Shown piece after piece: positions 39,887 through 51,200 of a stretch of 64,000 nt of DNA. Location of the stretch: positions 238,712 through 302,711 of the forward strand of contig NMRA01000527.1 in NCBI GenBank assembly GCA_002633005.1, given 5' to 3'. A program made the position numbers and the translations under genes. The DNA is from Phoronis australis (lineage: Eukaryota; Animalia; Phoronida). The notes below the pieces were generated by a model. The model saw only the letters and a program-made list of their open reading frames with translations. It was not told the origin of the DNA and did not search any database. Position 1 is the stretch's first letter. Every line of letters starts with the position of its first letter.

Positions 39887-40136
39887 GAAGTCATAACGCT
39901 AGTTCAATATAGTTCATCTGAGCCTCCGTTTACTGTACAGTTACTAGAGTCTGTGAAGTCATGTTAGCTCATTATAGTTCCTCTGGTTACTTGAGTCTGT
40001 GAAATCATAACGTTAGCTCAGTATAATACTTCTGAGCCTCTGTTTATTGTACAGTTATTGGAGTCTGTGAAGACACAACATTAGCTCAATGTAGTTCATT
40101 TAAGCCTCCTTTGACTGTACAGGTACTTGAGTCTGT
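39887..40136 (-). repeat. Degenerate tandem repeat of about 68 bp (4 units) overlapping the last codons and 3'UTR of the DUF4807-like gene
   Basis: Minus-strand unit acagactc(a)agta(c/a)ctgtacagt..a.ggaggctca.atgaacta.attgagctaa.gtt.tgacttc. Unit 1 is coding and contains the stop; unit 3 is internally deleted. Confidence 0.85.
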
Positions 40137-43100
40137 TCCACATTGCTTTACACACTAGCACTAGTCTGTCATCTCTGCCATTTGTTGCTACTTGAAACTG
40201 ACACCTGAAACAACAAAATGCTACAAACAATAAGGCAGATTCCAATTGGAATAATCAACACAAACTTACGTTCTAAGCAGACCAGCTAGCAAATCAGCAT
40301 TTTCTCTCAAACCTTCAATATTGTGATCTTTTTAGCTTTGCCATGCCCAGTAATGCTATAGTTTAAAGTTATCATTATGATTGATTTTATAGGCCACTAG
40401 CATGCCCGATTACAAATATAAACGAAGAAACAAAGTTTGGCAATCCAAAATATTGTCTCTATACTAAACACATGGATGATAAGTATTTTACAGGAAAACT
40501 CAATTGGCTTAATGGAACTCTAGGTCAGTCACAGCAGGGGCCTACCTTATTATGTGTTTGGCCTTCCTAAGATGTCCTTGCTGCATGAGACTCTGAGACA
40601 GAAACAGTTTACACCTGCATTCCAGTGCTTTATCGCCAAGCTGAATCGCCAGTCTCCACTGCTGAAGAGATATCTTACCAGCTACGGTGGCCTGGAACAC
40701 AAATTCACAAAAATAATACGAGAACTGATAAATATGTGAGCAAGCACGCATCCTGGAGTACTACAATGAGTAAAGCTGCTTGATCCTTTTATTGCTTTAA
40801 TGCGTTAAAAAATAATTGCAGGCAGTCTTGTACACATACTAGTATCAGACGTGTACAGGTCGCTCAGGTAGGCCCATTGTATTGATCACCTCGGGGCTTG
40901 AAATGACCAATGACCAAAAAGAGGAAAATTCTCCAGGTGACGTATGATTCTACAAATAAATAGACTTATGTGACAGAAATATTTGTTGTTTCGTAAAATT
41001 TATCTACAAGAAACATATTTTTGCATGAAAAAGGTCAAAATAATGAAAAAAGTGGAAACTGGAAATCAAATAAGAAGAAATCGAAACCAACAAAGAGGAA
41101 ATCATGCTTTGTCAATATATAGTTAAAAACCGAGCTGAGGAGCTAGAGACCTGACGCGAGGTTTAACAGTGTGCCCCAGTTTGACCCGAATCCACGACCT
41201 CGAGCAGAGGTAACGGACACTTATCCCACTAGGCCACATTGTCTCTTCTTTAGTGTGTTATTGCAACACTTAAAAATGTCGAATCTGCTCGAAACAAACT
41301 CTGTAAATATTCGTTAGGACTTGATTTAAATGTTTCAAATGCTGGTGCTAGACAGGACCTGAGAAGAGCGAAGGTAAAAGCCCATACACTTCTGAGAATA
41401 GCACGATAATGGTTAAAAATTCTCAACATGTCAACTAAATTCGTTAACTTTATAATATTATTAAAACATTATTATACTATAATATGTAGTATGAAATGTC
41501 TCATAGAACATGATGGGCTCAAAATTTAAAGAGTTACAGTTTCAATATCAGGGAGTTGGTAACGAAATATTATTTTGGCTAAAAAAAGAAACTAAAATCG
41601 AGGCATTTGCTCAGCAGACTAAAAAAGTCTACTCGTGTCAGTTTCGGCCATGGTCTCATGTTTTCTGAAAAGCTGCACAACAGCATGTAGAGAGACAAGA
41701 ATACCTGACTTGAACGTAACAGAAAGACCATTAACGACAGAACATGTTTTGCCAATTAGAAGTGAAATTTATATGGAATTGGTTTTTCAATGAGTTTTGA
41801 AGCAGGTTGAAATTCACGAAAATCTAAACCTATCACCCCTTCCAAAACAGCAAATGTCCTCACACAAGTATGGTGGGAGGTTGAAGAAATCGGCGACGGA
41901 GTAAAGAAAAGAAAAATCATTTAAACGTGTTATAAACTCACGTTCCCTTAAAGAAACTAACTTTTGACTGCAATCACTTAAAATACTAAAACAGGTCTCA
42001 GTTTGCTCCTAACCCATACGACGAAGATTTCTAAACTCCGAAAAAGGTGGCAGCTCGTTGTAGCTTTAGACCAAGTTTGGAACGAAAAACCTCCCCCCTC
42101 TAACAACCTGTAGAGCCTGATCTCAAACAACTACCATTTCTCCTTTTATCCAAGGCAACATACCTTATTCACTTAGTCGCCATTTTAAAAAAGAGCCACT
42201 TAGGTTAATAAACAAATGCACTCGAGACAAAAACATAACGAGGCAAGCGAAAAAAAATCATGTTTTGTGCTGTGATTACGCGCAGAATGCATTGTTTTTA
42301 AAACCTAAAAGGAGGCTCTATATAATATGGCGACAGCATGAAAGATGCACAAATCATTATTTCACACTTTTCCTCAAAACAAGTGCACGGAAACACGAAA
42401 TGACTTCCCCCTTACTTACATGATGGTGGAAATAGTCTCCTAAAGATGAGAACCCTCCGCCAAGTGTGGACAGCCAGGCCGAGGCTTCTTCTAAAGCATG
42501 TCGCTGGTGGAGAAGGCTTGTGAGACGATAGCACCTTGAACAAAAATCTTACAAAGTTCATTGAGCAAAGATTATATTTTCCACTAAGAAAAAAATCACT
42601 GAAAAAGAAGAAGTAGGCCTAAGTTTATTCTAAATAACACAAAAATCAAAGGGTTTAAAGTGTTGAAAATCATCAATTCCATATCTAAAACACCAAAAAC
42701 AACTCCACAAGTCAATCAACTGTCAAATTAGAACACCTGCAAACACTGTTCGAAGACATATTGATAAGCTGATCTCAGCATTTATTGGTCGAAACATACT
42801 ACCTAAACTTGAGAGAACCAACCACAGCACCAGTCATCCTCCATTGTGTTTAGTGTGAAAAATCATCAGATTTAACTGTTCATTTCCCATGGTTTATGGT
42901 ATAATAAGGANGAGACCGGGTTTCAACCGCCTTGGGTTATAATAAGCGCCCCCCTTAAACCGAACTTTTCTAAGCGCCCTGGGCGGTTATTACGGCGAAT
43001 ACGGTAGGCTAAAAAAAGAAACTAAAATCGAGGCATTTGCTCAGCAGACTAAAAAAGTCTACTCATGTCAGTTTTGGCCATGGTCTCATGTTTTTTGAAA

Positions 43101-45809
43101 AGCTGCACAACAGCATGTAGAGAGACAAGAATACCTGACTTGAACGTAACAAAAAGACCATTATGACAGAACATGTTTTGCCAATTAGAAATGAAATTTA
43201 TATGGAATTGGTTTTTCAATGAGTTTTGAAGCAGGTTGAAATTCACGAAAATCTAAACCTATCACCCCCTCCAAAACAGCAAATGTCCCCACACTAGTAT
43301 GGTGGGAGGTTGAAGAAATCGGCGACGGGGTAATGAAAAGAAAAATCACTTAAACGTGTTATAAACTCACGTTCCCTTAAAGAAACTAACTTTTGACTGC
43401 AACCACTTAAAATACTAAAACAGGTCTCAGTTTGTTCCTAACCCATACGACGAAGATTTCTGAACTCCGAAAAAGGTGGCAGCTCGTTGTAGCTTTAGAC
43501 CATGTTTGGAACGAAAAATCTCCCCCCTCTGACAACTTGTAGAGCCTGATCTCAAGCAACTACCATTTCTCCTTTTATCCAAGGCAACAGACCTTATTCA
43601 CGTAGTTGCCAGATTAAAAAAGAGCCTCTTTTTAGGTTAAAAAAACAAATGCATTCAAGACAAAAACATAACGAGGCAAGCGAAAAAAATCATGTTTTGT
43701 GCTGTGATTACGCGCAGAATGCATTGTTTTTAAAACCTAAAAGGAGGCTCTATGTAATATGGCGACTGCACGAAAGATGCACAAATTATTATTTCACACT
43801 TTTCCTCAAAACAAGTGCACGGAAACACGAAATGACATGCGCCTTACTTACATGATGGTGGAAATAGTCTCCTAAAGATGAGAACCCTCCGCCAAGTGTG
43901 GACAGCCAGGCCGAGGCTTCTTCTAAAGCATGTCGCTGGTGGAGAAGGCTTGTGAGACGATAGCACCTTGAACAAAAATCTTACAAAATTCATTGAGCAA
44001 AGATTATATTTTCCACTAAGAAAAAAATCACTGAAAAAGAAGAAGTAGGCCTAAGTTTATTCTAAATAACACAAAAATCAAAGGGTTTAAAGTGTTGAAA
44101 ATCATCAATTCCATATCTAAAACACCAAAAACAACCCCACAAGTCAATCAACTGTCAAATTAGAACACCTGCAAACACTGTTCGAAGACATATTGATAAG
44201 CTGATCTCAGCATTTATTGGTCGAAACATACTACCTAAACTTGAGAGAACCAACCACAGCACCAGTCATCCTCCATTGTGTTTAGTGTGAAAAATCATCA
44301 GATTTAACTGTTCATTTCCCATGGTTTATGGTATAATAAGGAACGGTGAGGCATTGTGTTTATGGTATAATAAGGAACGGTGAGGCATTGTGTTTATGGT
44401 GGTTATGACAACTTAGTATTTGACCACAATGTGGCCCCTTTCACTTTCCCGTGGGACATTGGAGAAGCGCGGGTATGGCACATGTTTATACAAGAAACTC
44501 GCATGACACACTGGTGGTGAGTACATGCATACGTCATACTCGTGTCCGTGGAGCTAAGAAACATTCGAAGTCGCTATTCTTTTATGATCTCATTTTTGGG
44601 TTACTGAATCCACGACTGCTATAAAAGAAAGTTTAGTGATACTGACATGAATGTAGTCTCTTGTCAAAACAAGGTAAATAGTGGTTTTAAGCACTTTAAA
44701 CATTTTTGTTGAAAAAGGTAAACGCAAAATTACAAAATATTACAACCAATAAGGTGTTAAATAATGAAAGATAAAACCAAAAATACAATGAAAAAACAAC
44801 ACTATTCAAAATGTCTGTACAAACAAACTTTAAGCTATCAAAAATACATTGCAAATTTTCCATTTAGGGACACGGAAATTAAAGCCAAATATGAATTTTA
44901 TTGATTCTGAGGATTGGGACACAGGCAGTTTTGGTGTTCATATTTCTTAAATATCGAACACTGGGTTTTGTATCAGCAGTCTGTAAATAGACTTCAGAGT
45001 TTCTGAAATTGCCGAAAATAGTTGCCGATGCAATGTTTTTATGCATCTCGATAGCGTGTAACATCGAAGTGAATGTTTATCATTGATTATTATTCTTGTC
45101 CGTTTCTTGAATTTAGTAGAAGCTCCGACATTGAGCAAAATCATTAACTTCTCACTATTCCACACTAGAGAAATTTTACCTTAATAACGATAGGCGACAA
45201 CGAGGCAAACTGCATTTACAGATCTTAATTTAGAAATTAGACATACAAATGCGTTATCAATTTTCAGTTTTTCCAGAGCATTTGATGACTTCTTTAACAT
45301 TCTTACCATTTTGCATCAATGTTATACTGCACTGGGTTGGAGACGTAAAGCATTATCACGTCAGCATTCAACCGTAGAAACTTGCTGAGTAAAAAGAAGA
45401 AAGACCTGCAGAAATTTCGAGAGATTGTCAGCTCTTGTAAGCAGCACCATGCCAAGTAAAAGTCCATTATCACAACGGGACTTTTCTTGCTCTCCCTAAA
45501 TTTGGTAAGCAGGTGTTTAAACACTGTATCCTTGATGCAGCCGTTCTCATCACACTGCTCAATTAGCAATTCACTATTGGGTTGGCTTTCAATATCATCA
45601 GACTCCATTTTTGATCGGCTAGTGTCACTTACAATATCACGAATTAAAACCAGTGGAAGTTTTAGCCTTTGAGCATCACAAGTGCTTATGGGGCACAGTA
45701 GACCAGACTTATCCACTAAAAATGCAGTGTAACATCTATCAATACAATAAGTGTTCCTTAGTCGTCGAGTCCACGCAATGACGACTGGTTTCTTCAAAAC
45801 TACATTCAT
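40096..45809 (-). CDS. Uncharacterised conserved protein, DUF4807 / C. elegans F58A4.6-like
   Basis: Exons: 45809-45307 (MNVVLKK...DAKW, phase 2); 43966-43852 or its identical copy 42534-42420 (WCYRLTSLLHQRHALEEASAWLSTLGGGFSSLGDYFHHH); 40691-40546 (ATVAGKISLQQWRLAIQLGDKALECRCKLFLSQSLMQQG); 40204-40096 (RCQFQVA...MWNRLKYLYSQRRLK*). Phases join 2/0/2. WLSTLGG.FS.LG, AG.IS..Q and RC.L....SL.Q.G match the family as I recall it. Acceptor near 45885 and donor near 46384 suggest a 5'UTR exon. Confidence 0.8.
41130..41240 (-). mobile_element. tRNA-derived SINE relic
   Basis: Minus strand gTGGCCTAGTGGgataagtgtccgttacctctgctcgaggtcgtGGATTCGGGTC: A-box plus a degenerate B-box at tRNA spacing. Confidence 0.45.
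41577..44342. repeat. Direct duplication of about 1.33 kb (41577-42910 vs 43007-44342) across a scaffold gap
   Basis: Both copies start ggctaaaaaaagaaactaaaatcgagg and end ggtataataagga. They are separated by the n at 42911 and a 95-bp transposon end. Confidence 0.95.
42912..43006 (+). mobile_element. Right terminus of a mariner/pogo-type non-autonomous element, truncated by the gap
   Basis: gagaccgggtttcaacc...taagcgccctgggcggttattacggcgaatacgg|ta closely resembles 50556-50654. Confidence 0.8.
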
Positions 45810-46549
45810 CTTGAGCTTTTTATATGCATCTCTGCCTCAAACAGATCTTTCCAATGGCAGATTGGACACCCAAGAGTTTCTGAAAAACAACCATAATTGA
45901 TTGCAAGTCATGTCCATTAGTAAATTGTTTTCTCTACAAGGACCTTGTGAAGTATTTATAGCAACATGTTTTTGTTTGATTTAATCAGTGTGAGCCATAA
46001 TTTTCCTGTGTATGGAGAGCCTATGGGATGGCAAATGTCTCTACTGAAGCCACGCCAGTAATAATAAAAGCCGACTTGGCTTACAGTACACGAATGTCTG
46101 TATTTTAGTCGAACGGCTAATGAAATGAAACCAGTTTCAATAATTTGTTGTGACATGTACACAAGTTCGCGAAAGAACAACAGCTGATTGAAGAATCAGC
46201 GAAAAAAGAAACTGGCCAATAGGTGACGCAATATTTCATGGCGCTGAAAGCCCTTTTCCCTTGCCAAAGATCGCTCCACAGTTTTCTAGCAGCAGAATAA
46301 CAGTAGAATGTCATTCAACAACTTTGTTTACTCAATGAAGACTAGTTTTTAATGACACTAATTTTGTGTCAGATTTTATCTTACCACTTTTTTACCCACA
46401 TCGGTACTGAATATACAGCTTTGGCCTTTGTACCAAGGGAAAAGCTATTCGTTCTCTGCGGACAACAGGATCAAGCCAGGCTTTTTAAAAAAACATTAGC
46501 CACTGTGCTTCTTCCATACCTCGGATGAATAGGTATGAAAATAACTATC

Positions 46550-46860
46550 CAAACATGCGCTAGATTTCAGTTTGACGAACTTCGTGGGTACGTAAACAAG
46601 CGTTGGCTTGCCAGTGCAGGGAGAACTACAAACCCTGACACCTGGGCGCAGACATATTTGCTCGTGCATTGTGGGTATTATAGAATGAAATGAAATGATT
46701 TAAAGATTTGTTTGTGAAATAGATATAATGTCTCTAAATGGAATGCGAAGAACTTAATGAAATAAAAATCTAAATATTTTGGAACTATTGAAGCAAGAAT
46801 TTTATTTGCCAAACGGGATATAGGTGTCGCTTTGGCTTGTTATGTTTGAAAATGGCGCGC
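46550..46860. promoter_or_regulatory. Bidirectional promoter between the DUF4807-like gene and CENPJ
   Basis: AACTACAAACCC at 46624-46635 (ACTACA/Ronin-ZNF143 type). CTATAATACCCACAATGCAC on the minus strand at 46664-46683 (ZNF143/Staf SBS type). YY1-like AAAATGGCG at 46849-46857. First-exon donors point away on both sides (minus about 46384, plus 46903). Confidence 0.65.
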
Positions 46861-46902
46861 GAGGACACAGCTGAAAGAGGAAATTTTCATGTTAAAAACA
46901 GG
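46852..46902 (+). other. CENPJ: Candidate CENPJ first exon carrying an upstream ATG (uORF)
   Basis: ATG at 46852, open for 17 codons to the donor AGG|GTGAGG at 46903. The next supported acceptor is tgcag|GTGTAAATG at 48262/48263. Confidence 0.5.
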
Positions 46903-47997
46903 GTGAGGACTTTGTGATTTCCTGCATTAATTGTGATACGCTCACTTCGCACCACTGGGTGACCTTAATTATAATTTTCAAAGCTGTGTGACCTTTCTGT
47001 TAAGGTCAAATGCTTCAACAGTTGTTCAATGATTAGATGAATTTGACAAACACTAGTAATGCATACCTTACGGTTTTCAATACGGTGTACGATTCACGAT
47101 ACGGTTAAACCTGAAACAATTAATAAAGATAATACAATATCTAATACAAATTGAAGTACCAAATACATCATACTAAAATACAGAAAATTGCATATCTAAT
47201 AATATTATATCAACTCACAAGTTGGCAAACAATAGTTAGCAGAAACTTGTAGTTACAACAATTTCTAACAACACTTTCTACGAGTTAATCAAATAATCAA
47301 AGAACTGAGAATAGTTGTTTCTAAAGTCAAAGTTTATAGTAAAACATCAAGAAACAAAGTTGTCTCTTACCAACGCTGGGTATCTATGATATTTTTGAAG
47401 CAAGCAGCAGCCTCTCTCCAAGCAATATGAATTCTAGAGCAGCTAACAGAATATATACTGAACACAAGAAAGGTGGGCGAGATAGTTCAAAACATGAAAA
47501 CCCACAAACTTCCTCCAAAATGCTATATCTAGTTCCAAAACAATTCTCTGAACAAAGTCGCTGGTTCCAAAACAATTCTGTGAATCAATCTGCTGGACTC
47601 CAGCAATGAACCCAAGACATTACCAATTATGGTGCAGGACAATCAAGAGTTGAGTAATTCTGATAGACAATTAACAGATGATTGTTGTTGTCGGAAACGC
47701 CTCATTCCAAAGTTGACAGGTTTTCAAAGACTTTAAGTTACACAACTTGCAAAACAAGGCACAATTGTTTTTATAAACATCCCACAACTGGTAACAGACA
47801 TGTGGTGAATCACTTCCCATGAACACCTGGGAGGTTACAAATTTTGTTATACAACCAATATATTTAATTAATTATACACTAGTCACTAAAATTGCATAAC
47901 ATTGCTTTTAATTAGACTAATTATCTGCAGCATCAAAAAATGTCACCAACACGGGTTTTTGGGCTTTAATGCATAAGGCCTAACTTTTCTTGAGCAC

Positions 47998-48078
47998 TTG
48001 GGCGCTTATTTTAGCAAAGACTGAAAACGCGAGGGAGGTGCTTATAGGGGCATGGGCACTTATTAGGGCAAATACAAT
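47998..48078 (-). mobile_element. Solo terminus of the same family as 49336-50652, inverted
   Basis: Reverse complement of 49336-49414 with a few mismatches. Confidence 0.75.
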
Positions 48079-48268
48079 ATGTGACAACACTAGGAAAATA
48101 ATTTTAGTTGAATTTTTATCAGTCCCATTTTGTGAATATTGAAGTAAAATGGTTGTTGAACACTACAAGGTTGCGATAACTTTAGTGATTGTTTTGCCAT
48201 TTACTATTCTTTTCTGATCATGCATTACTATTTTTATGTACCAATGTTACTATTGGTTGCAGGTGTAA

Positions 48269-51200
48269 ATGGATCCAACAGTAAAAGAGAACTATGCTGC
48301 ATGGACAGCGTCCCGAGCAGGAGTGCTACTCGATTACAACCCCACACCTGTTCAGAGGTCTCCTCTTGTTGAGCAGAATGGCAGTCCAGACAGAAATGAT
48401 GGCTCTGGAGGCCTGATGAGCTTGAATGTATCCTCATCACAGTTTTTGAATGCCATCAACTTTGAAGATTTGAAGAAGAATAGACCAGGTGATAATGAGA
48501 ACAGTTTTGCAGGTGAATGAACTACACTTTGTTCTTTGTCTGAATTATTCTCACCCTAACCAATGTTTATATGAAACTGAAACAAAGTCTGTCTCATTAG
48601 ATACAATTTGTAGTGTCCTTGGAGTATTCATGAGTGTAAATGTTTTGAGAAGTCAGCAATGAATGAACCACTGCGTTACCAGATTTAGATGCAATAAAAG
48701 TAATTGACCGGACACCGAGACCGTGTGAGCGCATGCTAATTCAGTGTTTGCTGACAGAAAACTGTTGTGAAACAATAACTCGATTTTATATGCTATGGTC
48801 ACATGTTAGGGGAATCTTCATTTAGATATAGAATTACATTATTCAAATCATTGCTACTGTACAACCTTTGCCCTGACGTTTCTGGAAGGGGAGCCTGACT
48901 TCGCGGCCCCCGACAAGTAAGTATATTTTCAGTTTCGTGGCTAATTCACCTAAATAATTACGTGCACATTATATCTTTGGCTCACTATTATAGTCTTTTC
49001 TTGACTGGAGTTTTAGTTTCCAACTTAAGCTGGTTTATGTTCGTGATGTCCAGTCCCGGCGGCCGCGAAGGGCCTGATTGGGTTCCGATCCACTGTCGGG
49101 GAGTAACAAGCGTTTTGTGTGTTTAGAACTGAAAAAATCTCAAGTCTAAAAGTACAACACACAGCTATGTTCCCCTGTCACGGAAGAATGATTCAAATTT
49201 ATCACCGAACAGACCCAAACTCCCGCGATCGACCATGGTAAATTGGCCTACCGAACTCTGTAGGCTACGGTACGTTCAAATACCTATAAATCCGTAACAG
49301 TGAAATAAAACAACACGTCCAAGAACTCAGTGTGACGTAGTCGCCCCAATAAGTGCCCATGCCCCTATAAGAGCCCCCCACGCATTTTCGGACTTTGCTA
49401 AAATAAGCGCCCAGTCCATGAACGCCATGTACATGCGAAAAATGCCTTACCTACAGTTCTAACATTCTACAGTAATGCCTTCAATTTATCAATGAGATCC
49501 GACACTCCTGAAAAATCATTGTGCGCGGAATTTGTAGACCACGAACCTCGCCGCTATGTCGGTATTTAGCCGTGACTATACACTTCAAACTTCCGCCGTG
49601 CTTCATAAAGAACGCAAGCGCAAATCCGAAGCCTAATAAAAACTTGACCTTTGTTCAGTTAAAAGCACGTGACCAGGAAGCGCGCGCTACATTCAAGTAG
49701 CTGTCATCAAAGATTAGTCTTCAGGAACTATCTGTTAATGAAACGGGTAGCATAGCATCGGCTAGAAATAAATACTGGCACATATTTCCGAACACCGTAA
49801 AAAACGTTTGCGTTATTTTTAAGGGGAATTATTAGATTAGTCGTAATTGGTGTTTATAAAGTCAAAATGACCCACTATAGTGAACACTTCCGCACACTTA
49901 CACCTCCCAAATCTCCCGAAAAATAACTGTTAGACTGTCATGCATCCGGTCACCCGGCGACTCAATGACATCGGCCTTACCGAGACAATTCTCGAACATT
50001 TTGTAGCAGATGAGACAAGTGTTAAATAAAACATGTTCTGCTTTACTGATTTTGTTCATTTCCTTAGTTACAATGAACACCTAGCGTTTACTCTCACTGG
50101 CAAATGAAGTCTGATGACACGCAAGCGCTCACTCACTCATACAATATGCAGACGAACCCTCAAAACAAACATCACGTGACAACGTGTGTTCATTCAGAGA
50201 TTTTTCTCGTGTTGCAGAGTACGATATAGCATAGATTTGGACTTAATATGTTGTTAATCCTGACTCCACAGGAACTTAAACATCTTAGGAGATGCTATTT
50301 TGAAAACTTAAGGTAATTTGTTGAATCAAAACTATATTTTTACTCGAGCATTCAAGCTGACCTATCGTCGATTACGAGGCAGCGACGCATCAGTTGGCGA
50401 GTTTTCGCACTGGTATTTTCTGAAAAATGCTCATAATTTAACAACAAAGTTTGATAGCAATGCACTGCAATTTTGTAGAAACTCTGTCATAGGTTACAGT
50501 TGAGTCACAGAGCATAAATTTGATGAATTCTAGCTTACGATTTCACCTGTTTCGGAGACCGGGTTTCAACCACTTTTGGGCTATAATAAGTGCCCCCCCT
50601 TCCTGAAGCGAATTTTTCTAAGCACCCTGGGCGCTTATTAGGGCAAGTATAGTATTTGTAAGGGGTTTACATCGAATTTTGATGATTTATTGGTGTAAAA
50701 CGATGAATTCAAGCAATAAGTTGATATCAGTAAGCGTGTTGTAAACGGCTGAACAGACTGCGTTCGAACCGATTAGGTCATTGGTTAATTTCAACACCTC
50801 CGTGTGCCGTTAGGTGTCAGGTAAAACAACTGAACTGGCTGTTATTGAGTGGAACTACTCGATCTAAATTGATACAAAATAGGTTGTTTTTTGGGTGGCA
50901 TTCTCCTTTAAGATATTCAGTCGGTAAATCACTTACTGGTACGCATTATGAGTGGTGAGTCGGACATTTTCGTCCTCTCTCTTAGGCTTTGCTCACTGAC
51001 TCACAAGACTCACAATGCTTTTCAGTAAGTGATTCACCTATAGAACATTATATCGGAAAGCAATGAAAAGCCTATTCCATCGAAGCTTTGACATCACATT
51101 GTGTACCCCAAATTACTCCATGATTTTAAGATTTTTGTTCTATTTACAAAGAGTCTACGGGTGATCTGTCGCAGCATGAAATCTCAGCAAATGACCACTC

